DNA of 64,000 nt from Acidobacteriota bacterium (GTDB taxonomy: Bacteria > Acidobacteriota > UBA6911 > RPQK01 > JAJDTT01): contig CBDCJH010000002.1 of NCBI GenBank assembly GCA_965217775.1, positions 896,001 through 960,000 of the forward strand, read 5' to 3'. Shown in pieces: positions 40,403 through 51,926 of the stretch. Position 1 is the stretch's first letter, and the number at the start of each line of letters is the position of its first letter. The position numbers and the translations under genes were made by a program. A model generated the notes under the pieces. It saw nothing but the letters and a program-made list of their open reading frames with translations. It did no database searches and was not told the origin of the DNA.

Positions 40403-41700
40403 GGCTTTTGGGGGGGGTGCCCGCGGTCCGTTCCGGCTACGGGATTCGTCAGACGACGCCGGATCAGGTCGACGGCCAGCGCCAGCAAGATCAAGCCGAA
40501 TTCCAGGAATCGGATCCAGGTTGGCTGCTGGTAGGCCTGCAAGGTGTAGTCATCCAGGTGGATTCCGATCACGTAGCTGAGCAGGACCGCGCCCGAGGCC
40601 GTCCAGGCCCAGGCGCTGGGGAAGATGGCCGCGAAGGGGAGCAACCAGAGCAGATACCAGGGATTGATCACCGGGGAAACCACGAGCAACCCGCCGTAGA
40701 GCCAATCGCCCCGGGGGATGGCGTGTCGGCCGCCTCGTGCGAACTTTCCGGCATAGCGCAGCCAGAAAACAGCGAACATCAGACCCAGAATCAGCCGGGA
40801 CTCGAACCGTGGCAATAGGGTCCCCAGCAAGCCGAAGGCCGCGGAGTTGAACTCCCATTCCCGCGCAAAAACCTGCAACGAGGCGAGGTTCGTGCCGCCC
40901 ATCAGGGCGAATGGAGCATACAATCCGGTCAGTGTAGCGCCGAACAGCAACCAGTGGCGGGGTCGGGATCGCAGCAACACCAACGGCGCCAGCACTAGGG
41001 CGAAGATCTTGGCTCCCGCGGCCATCCCCAGGCAGACGGCGGCGCTTCCCCGGCGCCGGTTTCGGACGAGCAGGATCGCCGCCATGAGCAGGCAGGCTCC
41101 GGCGCCGTCCGGATGCGCCGTGAAGGCGACTTCTTTGATGACGAGCGGGCACCATGCGTAGAGCATGACGTTCCGGGCCGGCGCCATGCGGAGCAGGATC
41201 CGGACCAGTCCCAGGTCGACCAGGATCAGGATCAGCTGCAGTGGCGTCACGCTGCCCGGTTGCAACCAGTAGCCCAGCAGAAAGAGGAGCTGCGTCGTCG
41301 GTCCGTAAATGGTCGGCAGGTCGGGGTTGTTGATGTTGTCCAGCGACTGTTGAAACGCCGCCGGAACGTTCGTGTCCAGAAAGAACGCCTCCGGCGCGGC
41401 GCCGTAGGGCGTTCCGGCCGTGGCGAATCGGTAGCCGTCCCACAGGTAACGATAGAAGTCGTCCTCGAAGAAGGGTCCGCCGACGAGGCCGCAAATTCTG
41501 AACACCACGGCCCAGAGGAACATGCGCCCGATGGGAAACGGTTCGCCGCGCCGCCGAAAATAGAAGTAGAGTCCGAAGACCGGCAGTCCGGTCCAGGCCA
41601 CCAGCACGAAGAAGATGGAAAGATCCGGTTCACCAGGCTGTCGCGCCAGATAGGCGAGGGCGCCGTATCCGATCGCGCACCAACAACCGACTGCGTCCAC
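40387..41700 (-). CDS. Polytopic GT-C type glycosyltransferase (GT87/DUF2029-like); start uncertain
   Basis: EDDFYRYLWDG, PTIYGP, YAWCPL, PWYLLW; many TM segments. Confidence 0.8.
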   Translation of the reverse strand: MDAVGCWCAIGYGALAYLARQPGEPDLSIFFVLVAWTGLPVFGLYFYFRRRGEPFPIGRMFLWAVVFRICGLVGGPFFEDDFYRYLWDGYRFATAGTPYGAAPEAFFLDTNVPAAFQQSLDNINNPDLPTIYGPTTQLLFLLGYWLQPGSVTPLQLILILVDLGLVRILLRMAPARNVMLYAWCPLVIKEVAFTAHPDGAGACLLMAAILLVRNRRRGSAAVCLGMAAGAKIFALVLAPLVLLRSRPRHWLLFGATLTGLYAPFALMGGTNLASLQVFAREWEFNSAAFGLLGTLLPRFESRLILGLMFAVFWLRYAGKFARGGRHAIPRGDWLYGGLLVVSPVINPWYLLWLLPFAAIFPSAWAWTASGAVLLSYVIGIHLDDYTLQAYQQPTWIRFLEFGLILLALAVDLIRRRLTNPVAGTDRGHPPQKPCTET

Positions 41701-41825
41701 CAGCCTGCGAGAGCTGGCGTTGGACGGGGCGTGGTTTTTTTGTAGGAGAGATTTCTGAGACACGGTGGTTTGGGTCTCGTGAACGCGATCAGGCCTTAGT
41801 ATACGAATTTGAGGGTGTGTGGGGG

Positions 41826-41893
41826 TGTGTAGAGGGGGGGCTTCCAGCCCCCCCTGACCCCCCCGAATCGGCGGCAAGAAAGCCGCCGCTCCG
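41826..41893. repeat. Intact REP pair (BIME-like)
   Basis: gtgtagagggggggcttccagccccccct ... cggcggcaagaaagccgccgctcc. Confidence 0.7.
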
Positions 41894-41897
41894 CTCC

Positions 41898-44291
41898 TCA
41901 ATTCTCTTCTTCCAGATATCCCCCGGTGATGGGACAAAAGCTATCGGTCTCGCTCCGGTAGTGGGCGACTCGCCAACTCCGTCCGTCGGTCCTCACGCGC
42001 AGGCTCCCCCATTGGCTGGTGGAGAGGGGGAGCGCTCCGGCCCGGCGGAGCCGGTGCAGGGCGGCCTGGGCGGGATGACCGAAGGGGTTCTTGCGTCCAG
42101 CCGAGATCAGGCCCACTCGGGGCCGCAGCCGGGAGAGGAACTCGGAAGAGCTGCTGGAGCCACTCCCATGGTGAGCCACCTTCAGGACCGCAGTCCGGCT
42201 CAGCCTGGGGGTCAATCGCCGCTCGATGTTCCGGTCGATGTCTCCCGTCAACAGCAGGCGGAAGCGCCCGTACAGCAGGAGCAGGACCACGGACCGGTTG
42301 TTGGCGCCGGAGGAGTTCCATTCCGGGTCCCCCTTCCCGGGTGGATGGAGCACCCGATGCCCGACTCCACCCCGAAAAAAGGCCTGACCGTCGCTCAGGG
42401 TCAGCCGTTGTTCCGGCAGTTCTCCGGGCGGAGGTTCCGCAACCATCAATTGTCCCACCGGGAAGGCCTGCCGGATGAACTCGTATCCTTGCACGTGATC
42501 CTGATGGGGATGGGTCAAGAGGACGTAGGAGAGGTTCCGGATTCTCCGGTGCCAGAGGTAGCGTCCCACCAGTCTTTGCCCGACGAAGCGGCTGGGTTCC
42601 GCGTCCCAAGACCAGCGGCCCCCGGTATCCACCAGCGCGTGGGATCCGTCCGGATAGGCGATGTGGATGCTCTCCCCCTGGCCCACGTCCAGCAGGGTGA
42701 CCTCCAGCTGCCCGGTCTCCGCATCGGACTCCCAGGTGACGGAGAGGAAGAAGAGCACCGGTGTCAGCCAGAGGAGGTGGAGTGCCCTCCGGCCCAGGAT
42801 CAGGCCCAGTCCCAGAAGCAGGAAGTAGAGGATCAACTCGGCGGCCGAGGGGTGGGGCACGTACTGGATGGTGGCGACCCACTGCACCAGGTCCATCAGC
42901 AGACGGATCAGGTCGGCCGCCGCCCCCACCAGCATCGAGAGACTCTCTCCCGTCGGGAGCCAGTAAGTGATGAGGAGGAGAAAGGCGGCCAGCAGGAAGA
43001 GGGAGAAGCAGGGCACCAGGACCAGATTGGACAGCCAATGGGTCCAGCACCAGACGTTGGAGTAGTAGAGGGCCAGGGGCAGGGTGAACAGTTGGATGCA
43101 GAGCGTGAACGAGATCAGTGAAAGGACCGATCCGGAGCCCCGGGCCAACAGTGGAACCAGGGACTGCGACAGGGCTCGGGGCAACGGCTCCAGGAGATGC
43201 TCCATACGGTATCGGATTCGCCGTCCCAGTCGTCCCGGGATCGTCGCCTCGACTCGCACCTGGGGCAGAAAGACCGAGGATGCGGTTCGCCGCAGCACGT
43301 GGATCCAGGGCTGGACCGGAAAGACGCAGAGCCCAATGGCCAGGAGGCTCAGATAGGAGAACTGGAAACTCGCCGTATGGAGGGATTGGGGGAGGACCCC
43401 CAACGTGATCAGGGCGGCCACGCCGAGACCGTTGAGGAACTGGGACTTCAGGCCCAACGACAGGAGGAGATGGATCCAACTGGCCATGAGTCCGGCCCGG
43501 ATGGCGGAGATGGGAGCTCCCACGGCCACCACGTAGCTCCAGACGGAGCCCAGAGCCAGGAGGCGCCCGGCCAACCCCAGGGGGCGGGCCAGGAGATGGA
43601 GAAACAGGTAGACGAGTGAGACGTGAAATCCGGACACGGCGAAGAGGTGGAAGATTCCCAACTTCTCGATGCTGACGCGATCGACCTCCTCGAGCCGGCG
43701 GGTCTGACCCAGAAGGGTGCTCAGGATCAGGTTCACCTGATCCGGCTGCAGGGTCCGCCGGCAGAAGCGCTCGAACGCTCGGACATAGGCGAACAGCGGC
43801 CTTCGCGGATCCCATCCCGGGTCCGGCCCCAGGCGCCGGACCTGGAGGTGCGACTTGAGACGCACCACTCCCACGATTCCCCGTTGCCAGAAGCGCAGGC
43901 GCAGGTCGTCCACTCCCGGGATTCCGTGATGGGGCGGGTCCTCCAGGAAGGCGCTGACCCGAAGTTTCTCTCCGTATCGGAGGAAAGGCTCCGACTCGGA
44001 TCCGCCGGGAAGGGAGTAGACGTAGAGAGCCACCTTGCCGGGAAGGGATAGATCGCGCCCCCCCTGCTGGACCGAGAGGGGCTTGATCTCCAAATACAGG
44101 CCTCTCTTCAGCACCAATGGCGGGTGATCGATCCGGCCCACCAACTCGATGGTCTGATTCCGATCGACGGCGAGTCGGGGACGCTGTTGCTCCTCGGTCA
44201 GGAGGCGAACCGCACCCAATAGGAGCGCCAGGACGAGACAGGGGTTGAAGAGGCAGAAACGGCCCAGCTTTTCCAGTGGAACATCCAGCAA
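41898..44291 (-). CDS. comEC: DNA internalization competence protein ComEC/Rec2
   Basis: HLFAVSGFHV, SFQFSY, LDVGQGES, LTHPHQDH, LLTGDI, KVAHHGS, NPFGHP. Confidence 0.93.
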   Translation of the reverse strand: MLDVPLEKLGRFCLFNPCLVLALLLGAVRLLTEEQQRPRLAVDRNQTIELVGRIDHPPLVLKRGLYLEIKPLSVQQGGRDLSLPGKVALYVYSLPGGSESEPFLRYGEKLRVSAFLEDPPHHGIPGVDDLRLRFWQRGIVGVVRLKSHLQVRRLGPDPGWDPRRPLFAYVRAFERFCRRTLQPDQVNLILSTLLGQTRRLEEVDRVSIEKLGIFHLFAVSGFHVSLVYLFLHLLARPLGLAGRLLALGSVWSYVVAVGAPISAIRAGLMASWIHLLLSLGLKSQFLNGLGVAALITLGVLPQSLHTASFQFSYLSLLAIGLCVFPVQPWIHVLRRTASSVFLPQVRVEATIPGRLGRRIRYRMEHLLEPLPRALSQSLVPLLARGSGSVLSLISFTLCIQLFTLPLALYYSNVWCWTHWLSNLVLVPCFSLFLLAAFLLLITYWLPTGESLSMLVGAAADLIRLLMDLVQWVATIQYVPHPSAAELILYFLLLGLGLILGRRALHLLWLTPVLFFLSVTWESDAETGQLEVTLLDVGQGESIHIAYPDGSHALVDTGGRWSWDAEPSRFVGQRLVGRYLWHRRIRNLSYVLLTHPHQDHVQGYEFIRQAFPVGQLMVAEPPPGELPEQRLTLSDGQAFFRGGVGHRVLHPPGKGDPEWNSSGANNRSVVLLLLYGRFRLLLTGDIDRNIERRLTPRLSRTAVLKVAHHGSGSSSSSEFLSRLRPRVGLISAGRKNPFGHPAQAALHRLRRAGALPLSTSQWGSLRVRTDGRSWRVAHYRSETDSFCPITGGYLEEEN

Positions 44292-44386
44292 CCTCTCTAA
44301 CGCCGGAAGCTGGAAAAACTGCGAGGAGGGGCGATTTCCAATCGCCCATTCCTGCGTTGGCCCGCGGGCTCATTCCACCCTACATT

Positions 44387-44748
44387 CGTGCGCCTCTCCA
44401 TCACTTGGGAGATCGGCGGTTGGAAACCGCCGCTCCATCGTGCGCCTCTCGATCACTTGGGAGATCGGCGGTTGGAAACCGCCGCTCCATCGTGCGCCCC
44501 TCGATCACTTGGGAGATCGGCGGTTGGAAACCGCCGCTCCATCGTGCGCCCCTCGATGCCTTGGGAGATCGGCGGTTGGAAACCGCCGCTCCATCGTGCG
44601 CCTCTCGATGCCTTGGGAGATCGGCGGTTGGAAACCGCCGCTCCATCGTGCGCCCCTCGATGCCTTGGGAGATCGGCGGTTGGAAACCGCCGCTCCATCG
44701 TGCGCCCCTCGATGCCTTGGGAGATCAGCGGTTGGAAACCGCCGCTCC
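44387..44748. repeat. Tandem array of ~7 x 52-bp units, each holding a REP palindrome
   Basis: ttgggagatcggcggttggaaaccgccgctccatcgtgcgcc(t/c)ctcgat(cac/gcc) starting at 44405, 44457, 44509, 44561, 44613, 44665, 44717; opposite-facing REP at 44325-44347. Confidence 0.95.
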
Positions 44749-44753
44749 GTTCC

Positions 44754-45749
44754 TCAAAACCGGGGACTCGGCCAGTAATACTGGCGGCGGTGGAGTATCT
44801 TGCCGGTGGGTTCGCTGCATTGGACCCGGATGGTCCGGAACTTGTGGTCCGATTCGAGAGGTGGGCGGAAGGTGAGAACGTACTGGCTCTTGAGTTCCCG
44901 GGCCAGTTCCGTATACCTGTCCGTGAGTTCCTCCAGCCTCTCGGGAAAGAGGGCCCGACCCCCGGTCGCCTCGGCCAGGTGGAGCATGGCCCTCTCCTTC
45001 TGCTCGAAGTAGGCTTCGACGAAGTCCTCCTCCGGATTCACCAATTCGGACATCACCCGGTTCAGGAATTCGACCCGATTGCTCCGGCCCACTTCGTCCC
45101 GGATCAGGCGGGTCCTGCTGATGATGTAGAGGGCGACGTTGGACGCGATCAGGCGCTCGACGATCTGGTCGTAGCTCTGACTGCTCTCGTTGTCCAGGCC
45201 GTCGGTGAGCAGGATGATGGCTTTCTTCCCGCTGACCCGGGACAGTTGCTTGTTGGTGGTGGTCCACAGAGCGTCGTACATGGCGGTCCGATAGCCGGGC
45301 TTGAGCTTCCTGAGGGCGCGGCGAATCGATCTCAGGCTCGAAGTCCAGTCCCGGAGCACTTGGACGCGGTCGGAAAAGGTGATGACGGAGAACCGGTCGT
45401 TTCGCTGAAAGGAACGGGCGAAGTCGAGGGCCGCTTGTGCGATCTGCTTCAACTCGCTGCGGATGCTGCCGCTCACGTCCAGCAGGAGAGCCACGTGGAT
45501 GCGGTCCTGGTCCAGCACGAAGTTCTCGATGGCCCGGGGGCTGTTCTCATCCAGCAGGGAGAAGTGTTCCCGTTCCAGATGAGTCAAGAGCTTCCCCGTC
45601 GGCCCGAAGACGGTGACCGGAACCCGGATGAAGTTGGCCCGGACTCGAAACGAGGGGGGGACGGAATCCGAGGAGGGTTGGGACTGGATGGATTGGATCG
45701 CTAGAAACCAGCAGGCGCTGAACAGGACGACTCCACTCCGAAACCTCAC
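44754..45749 (-). CDS. VWA domain protein (acidobacterial VWFA-related type)
   Basis: LLLDVSGSI MIDAS, TAMYDA, ILLTDGLDN, ELKSQY. Confidence 0.9.
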   Translation of the reverse strand: MRFRSGVVLFSACWFLAIQSIQSQPSSDSVPPSFRVRANFIRVPVTVFGPTGKLLTHLEREHFSLLDENSPRAIENFVLDQDRIHVALLLDVSGSIRSELKQIAQAALDFARSFQRNDRFSVITFSDRVQVLRDWTSSLRSIRRALRKLKPGYRTAMYDALWTTTNKQLSRVSGKKAIILLTDGLDNESSQSYDQIVERLIASNVALYIISRTRLIRDEVGRSNRVEFLNRVMSELVNPEEDFVEAYFEQKERAMLHLAEATGGRALFPERLEELTDRYTELARELKSQYVLTFRPPLESDHKFRTIRVQCSEPTGKILHRRQYYWPSPRF

Positions 45750-45779
45750 CGCCGGGTCCTCCGGATCTCGGCCCTCCTC

Positions 45780-47264
45780 TTACGTCTCCTCCTCGGGACT
45801 CCACCTCAGCACGGGGCGGCGGGCGGCCCGGGTCTCGTCCAGCCGGGTCCGTTTGGCCAGACGGGGCGCTTCGTGGGCGGCCTCCGCATCCTCCCGGGCT
45901 CGATGGTAGATCCGGATCATGGCCTCCACGAAGGCGTCCAGCTCCGCCTTGCTCTCGCTTTCGGTGGGCTCGATCATCATCGCACCCCGGACGATCAGAG
46001 GGAAGTAGATGGTCGGCGGATGGAAGCCCTCGTCGATGAGCTGCTTGGCCACGTCCAGCGTCTTGACCCCGAAGGGCTCCAGGGTCTTGTCCGAGAAGAC
46101 CGCCTCGTGCATTGACGGGGTCGGGTAGGGAAGGTGGAAGTATTCCTGCAGCCGGGCGCGGATGTAGTTGGCGTTGAGGACGGCGGTCTCGGTGAGCTGC
46201 TTCAGACCGCTCCCGCCGCAGGTGAGGATGTAGGTCAGAGCCCGCACCATCATGCCGAAGTTGCCGTAGAAGGCGTGGACCGGACCGATGGAGTGGGGCC
46301 GGTCCGAGTTGGTCCGGTAACCGTCTCCGCACGCTTCGATGACGGGGGAGGGGAGATAGGGGGCCAGGAGTTCACGACAGGCCACGGCTCCACAGCCGGG
46401 TCCACCGCCGCCGTGGGGGGTCGAGAAGGTCTTGTGCAGATTGAGGTGGAGCACGTCGATCCCCATGTCGCCCGGACGCGCATAGCCCATGAGGGCGTTG
46501 AAGTTGGCCCCGTCCATGTAGATGAGCCCGCCCTGATCGTGGAGGATCCGGCTGATCTCCTCGATCCGGCTCTCGAAGATCCCCAGCGTGTTGGGATTGG
46601 TCAACATCAGGCAGGCCACGTCTTCGTTCATGCGCTCCCGCAGGATCCGGATGTCGATCCTTCCGGAGGAATCGGAGGGAATCGAGACCACCTGGTACCC
46701 GGCGATGGTGGCGCTGGCCGGGTTGGTGCCGTGTGCCGAGTCGGGGATCAGGACGTAGCGCCGGGGTCTTTGTTGCGCCGCATGATGGGCCCGCACCATG
46801 AGGATCCCCACCATTTCTCCCTGGGACCCGGCCGCCGGTTGGAGCGTGGCGGCGTCCAGGCCGGTGAGTTCCTGCAGGGACTCCTGGAGCCGGTATATAA
46901 GCTCCAGGTTACCCTGCGACAGGGCGGCCTCCTGCAGGGGATGCACCATGGCGATCCGCGGCATGCGAGCGGTCCGCTCGTTGAGCCGGGGGTTGTACTT
47001 CATGGTGCAGGAGCCCAGGGGATACATCCCCAGGTCGATGTGATAGTTCCAGGTCGACATGCGGGTGTAGTGCCGGATGATCTCCACCTCGCTCACTTCC
47101 GGGAAGCCCGTAACCTCCTCCCGTGTCAGCCCCGGGTCCAGGATTTCCTCGATCGGCGTGTCCTCCACGTCCAGGGGGGGAAGACTGTAGGCGGACTTGC
47201 CCGGGGAGGACTGTTCGAAGATGAGCGGCTCGTTGAGATTGTAGACGGGACTGGTTCGACTCAT
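45780..47264 (-). CDS. gcvPB: Glycine dehydrogenase subunit 2
   Basis: YPLGSCTMKYNP, DSAHGTNPAS, LNLHKTFSTPHGGGGPG. Confidence 0.97.
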   Translation of the reverse strand: MSRTSPVYNLNEPLIFEQSSPGKSAYSLPPLDVEDTPIEEILDPGLTREEVTGFPEVSEVEIIRHYTRMSTWNYHIDLGMYPLGSCTMKYNPRLNERTARMPRIAMVHPLQEAALSQGNLELIYRLQESLQELTGLDAATLQPAAGSQGEMVGILMVRAHHAAQQRPRRYVLIPDSAHGTNPASATIAGYQVVSIPSDSSGRIDIRILRERMNEDVACLMLTNPNTLGIFESRIEEISRILHDQGGLIYMDGANFNALMGYARPGDMGIDVLHLNLHKTFSTPHGGGGPGCGAVACRELLAPYLPSPVIEACGDGYRTNSDRPHSIGPVHAFYGNFGMMVRALTYILTCGGSGLKQLTETAVLNANYIRARLQEYFHLPYPTPSMHEAVFSDKTLEPFGVKTLDVAKQLIDEGFHPPTIYFPLIVRGAMMIEPTESESKAELDAFVEAMIRIYHRAREDAEAAHEAPRLAKRTRLDETRAARRPVLRWSPEEET

Positions 47265-48598
47265 ACGGTCACCGGGCTTTGCTGGAGGACGCGGATGAAG
47301 CGGTCGATCTGCCGGCGAGTGTTCTGGTCGGTGACACAGACCAGCATCTGGTCCCGGCGCGAAGGAAACCAGGTTCCCAGGGGCAGCCCCCCGATGATGC
47401 CTTCCCGGTAGAGGTCCTGGTTCAGACTCTCCGGATCGTCGACGCGAAGCACGATTTCGTTGAAGACGGGCCCTGAGAAAACCAGGCGATCGGCCAACCT
47501 CCGCCTGAGGTAATGGGCCTTCTTCAGGTTCTGCTCGGCCAGTTCTCGAATGCCGTTCTTGCCCAGAGTGGACAGGAAGATGGATACGGCCAGGGCGCAG
47601 AGGCCCTGGTTGGTGCAGATGTTGGAGGTGGCCTTCTCGCGGCGGATGTGCTGCTCCCGGGTGGAGAGGGTCAGGACGAAACCGCGCCGATCTTTCCGGT
47701 CCACGGTCTGCCCCACGAGGCGGCCCGGAAGTTGCCGCTTGTAGCGGTCGCGGGTGGCGAACAACCCCAGATAAGGCCCGCCGAAGCTCAGCGGAAGACC
47801 CAGACTCTGCCCCTCTCCGGCCACGATGTCGGCACCCATCTCTCCCGGCGGTTTCAGCACGCCGAGGGAGAGGGCCTCGGTGGTGACGGCCACCAGCAGG
47901 GCCCGGCGCCGGTGAGCCAACCGGCCCAGCTCTTCCATCTCCTCCACGACGCCGAAGAAGTTGGGCGACTGGACCACCACCGCCGCCGTCCGGTCATCCA
48001 GAAGGGCGTCCACGGCCTCCGGATCCATGGAGCCGGAGGAGGTGGCGGGGACGGAGGTCACGGAGAGGTGATTTCCCGTATAGGTGCCCAGGACCTTCCG
48101 GTAGTTCGGATGGAGCGCCTCCGGAACCAGGATCCGCGTCCGGCGGGTCACCCGGGCCGCCATCATGACCGCTTCGGCCAAGGCGCTGGCCCCGTCGTAG
48201 AGGCTGGCGTTGGCCACTTCCATCCCGGTGAGCTGAGCGATCAGGGTCTGGTACTCGAAGATGGCCTGGAGGGTTCCCTGACTGACTTCCGGTTGGTAGG
48301 GCGTATAGGCGGTGAAGTACTCGGAGCGCGAGACCAGCGTATCGATCACGGAGGGGATGAAATGGTGGTACGCGCCGGCGCCCAGAAAGTAGGCGAAGTC
48401 ATCGCCGGAGGCGTTCTTTCGGGCCATAGCCTTGAAGTCGGCCAGTAGCGACGATTCGGAGAGGGGCTCCGCCAGGTTCAGCGGACGGCCGAGGCGCACC
48501 CCGACCGGAATCGATTCGAACAGGTCGTCCGTCTTCTCCACGCCGATGGCCTGGAGCATGACCTGTCTTTCTTCCAGAGTCAGGGAAATGTAGCGCAT
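47261..48598 (-). CDS. gcvPA: Glycine dehydrogenase subunit 1
   Basis: TAYTPYQPEVSQG, NASLYDG, REQHIRREKATSNICTN. Confidence 0.97.
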   Translation of the reverse strand: MRYISLTLEERQVMLQAIGVEKTDDLFESIPVGVRLGRPLNLAEPLSESSLLADFKAMARKNASGDDFAYFLGAGAYHHFIPSVIDTLVSRSEYFTAYTPYQPEVSQGTLQAIFEYQTLIAQLTGMEVANASLYDGASALAEAVMMAARVTRRTRILVPEALHPNYRKVLGTYTGNHLSVTSVPATSSGSMDPEAVDALLDDRTAAVVVQSPNFFGVVEEMEELGRLAHRRRALLVAVTTEALSLGVLKPPGEMGADIVAGEGQSLGLPLSFGGPYLGLFATRDRYKRQLPGRLVGQTVDRKDRRGFVLTLSTREQHIRREKATSNICTNQGLCALAVSIFLSTLGKNGIRELAEQNLKKAHYLRRRLADRLVFSGPVFNEIVLRVDDPESLNQDLYREGIIGGLPLGTWFPSRRDQMLVCVTDQNTRRQIDRFIRVLQQSPVTV

Positions 48599-48610
48599 GG
48601 GCCAACCGGA

Positions 48611-49006
48611 TCAGTGCCCGGATTCCTCAGCCAGGTATGCGGCGTACTGCTGAGCGGACATGAGTCCGTCCAGCTCGGCGGGGTCGCTGAATTCCACCTG
48701 GATCATCCAGCCTTGACCGTAGGGGTCTTCGTTGACCAGTTCCGGCTGCTCCTCCAAGGACTCGTTGACCTGAATGACCTTGCCGGTGACGGGGCTGTAG
48801 AGATCGGACACGGCCTTGACCGATTCCACGGTGCCGAAGATGTCTTCGCCACCCAGTTCGTCGCCCGTCCGGGGGAGTTCGACGAAGACCACGTCACCCA
48901 GTTCATCCTGGGCGTGGTGCGTGATGCCCACGCGGCCCCGTCCCTCCTCCAGGATCTCGATCCATTCATGTTCTCTGGTGTATCGAAGCCCTTCCGGGAT
49001 TGTCAT
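48611..49006 (-). CDS. gcvH: Glycine cleavage system H protein
   Basis: HEW, LGDVVFVELP, VESVKAVSD lipoyl-Lys, DPYG.GW. Confidence 0.97.
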   Translation of the reverse strand: MTIPEGLRYTREHEWIEILEEGRGRVGITHHAQDELGDVVFVELPRTGDELGGEDIFGTVESVKAVSDLYSPVTGKVIQVNESLEEQPELVNEDPYGQGWMIQVEFSDPAELDGLMSAQQYAAYLAEESGH

Positions 49007-49105
49007 CTTCCTCTCCCTAAGGTTTCGGGGCCCGACCCGCCGGGCACCCTCCCCGCTTCGGGGCGTTCACTATTTACCGAAACGGGATCGATGATTCAAG
49101 ATCGA

Positions 49106-50184
<1,079 letters not shown>

Positions 50185-50188
<4 letters not shown>

Positions 50189-50604
50189 TCGGAGGGCCCG
50201 ACGTCGACTCGGCGAAAGTGGGACTGCTGCGTCGCGGCGGAAAAGAAGATCATGCCCAAGGGCTTGAAGACTCCGGCGTCGTCGGTCTTGCCCACCACGA
50301 CTCCCAGATCCTGGTCTCGCCCCAGCACTGCCTGGAAGTCGTATTGGGCGTTCAAGCCCCTCAGGTGCATGTCGCCGTTATCGGTGGCGGGCGGCTCCAG
50401 AGTGATCTTGGCTTGGACGGCGGGACCGGCGGAATGGACGCTGACGACCCGGAAATCCCCACCCGCCAGATGGTCGAACTGCTCGGTGATCTCCACCGCT
50501 TCGGAGAGTCCCGGAGTGGACGGTCCTGAGAAAAAGATGCTGTAGAAGATGAAGCCGGGCAGGGCCAATCCCATGAGAATCATCACTCCCGCGGCGCGCG
50601 ACAT
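50185..50604 (-). CDS. Hypothetical membrane-anchored protein
   Basis: N-terminal TM segment; stop overlaps gcvT start. Confidence 0.6.
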
Positions 50605-50813
50605 CAGGGGATCTATTCTATACAAGTCGGTGTCATTCCGGCATGAGAGTCGCCGCACGATCCGAATCCGCCGGCGTCTCGCCGTCGTTTAAAGACAGGA
50701 GAACACGGCGATTTCCCCCCGTCTGAACCTTCCGGAACGGCCCGTCGTCTATCCAAACAGGCAGATCGAAGTCGATCTGATGAGGTCTGAACCAGTAATC
50801 ACGGAGGATCACA

Positions 50814-51731
50814 ATGAATAGATCGGATGACAAGAAACAGTTTTCGGACCCGTTGCTGGCGGCGGTGGGCGGAGGCCCCGACCGGGAGCCGGTTCCCTCG
50901 CGACCCGGGACGGATCGCCTGGCCGGAGCGGTGATCTGGATGATGGTCGGCATTGGCCTGGGTCTGGGGGCGTACCTTTTCTGGGACACGCAGCAGGAGA
51001 TCCAGCGTCTCAACCGGGACCTGACGGAGAGCGAATCGCGGTTGGATCAGATGAAACGAACCCTGGAGAACTCCGGCGAACAGATTCGAACGCTGGAGGA
51101 GGGAGCCGCCAAAAGCGGGAGCCGCATTCAATCCCAGGGTAAGGAGTTGAGCCAATACCGCGGTCTGTTCCAGGGACTGAAATCGGACCAGGAGCAGCAG
51201 ACTCAGGGTCTGAAGTCGCTGGCGACGAACAAGGCGGACCGGGAGGACGTCACGAAGCTCCAAGGGGAAAACGAGGGGATCCGGAAAGAGAACGCAGGCA
51301 TCCGGAAGCAGGTCGGCCAAGTCTCGGCCGGTCTGACCGATCTGAAGGAGGTCACCGGCGTCAACCGGGCCGGCCTGGCCAATTCAAAGCGGAGGCTGGA
51401 CCGGTTGGACCGCGATCTGGATGCCACCAGCGACCGCTTGTCACGGCTCTCCCGGTCTCTGGAGCGGGAAAGGATCGAGTTCGAGCTGCAGGAAAAGGGA
51501 GGGTTCATCAAGGTCCTCGACGTTCACTTGAATCTGCGGGACGCCAATGCCAGGAAGCAGCGGTACGATCTGGACATCTACGTGGGCCGCAAGCGGATCC
51601 GGAAGCAGCACAAGTATGCCAACGAGCCGGTCTATTTCTTCGTGGAGGGGGTCGATAAACCCTACGAAGTGGTGATCACGCGTATCGTCCGGAACCAGGT
51701 CGCCGGTTACCTGACGGTGCCGGTCGCGTAA
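50814..51731 (+). CDS. Membrane-anchored coiled-coil protein
   Basis: RBS cggagg; single TM then long heptad region and C-terminal beta domain. Confidence 0.8.
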   Translation: MNRSDDKKQFSDPLLAAVGGGPDREPVPSRPGTDRLAGAVIWMMVGIGLGLGAYLFWDTQQEIQRLNRDLTESESRLDQMKRTLENSGEQIRTLEEGAAKSGSRIQSQGKELSQYRGLFQGLKSDQEQQTQGLKSLATNKADREDVTKLQGENEGIRKENAGIRKQVGQVSAGLTDLKEVTGVNRAGLANSKRRLDRLDRDLDATSDRLSRLSRSLERERIEFELQEKGGFIKVLDVHLNLRDANARKQRYDLDIYVGRKRIRKQHKYANEPVYFFVEGVDKPYEVVITRIVRNQVAGYLTVPVA

Positions 51732-51772
51732 TGGCGCCGCACAATTGAAGGGGGACATTCTTGTCCCCCATA

Positions 51773-51814
51773 CCATCAAGAATCGGGGGCACGAAAGCCC
51801 CCGATTCTTGATGG
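51773..51814. terminator. Perfect 18-bp stem hairpin (REP-derived) between convergent genes
   Basis: ccatcaagaatcgggggc-acgaaa-gcccccgattcttgatgg. Confidence 0.65.
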
Positions 51815-51899
51815 CTTCAAAGAATCGAGGCGATTCCACCGCGTGGATTGACAAATTCTTCAGTCATCCATTCATCATGAAAGGCAGCAATAGAATTCC

Positions 51900-51926
51900 G
51901 TAGGGGCACACCTCATGGGTGCCCTC
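51900..51926 (+). repeat. GTAG-type REP
   Basis: gtaggggcacacctcatgggtgccctc; related copy at 55025-55062. Confidence 0.6.

Noticed and set aside
44387-44748. Possible CRISPR array
   Set aside because: The segments between palindromes are near-identical rather than unique spacers, and there are no cas genes in the window; it is a tandem REP repeat.
50605-50810. Glycine riboswitch upstream of the gcv operon
   Set aside because: Could not find the conserved GGAGA...CCGAAG...CTCTCAGG aptamer elements.
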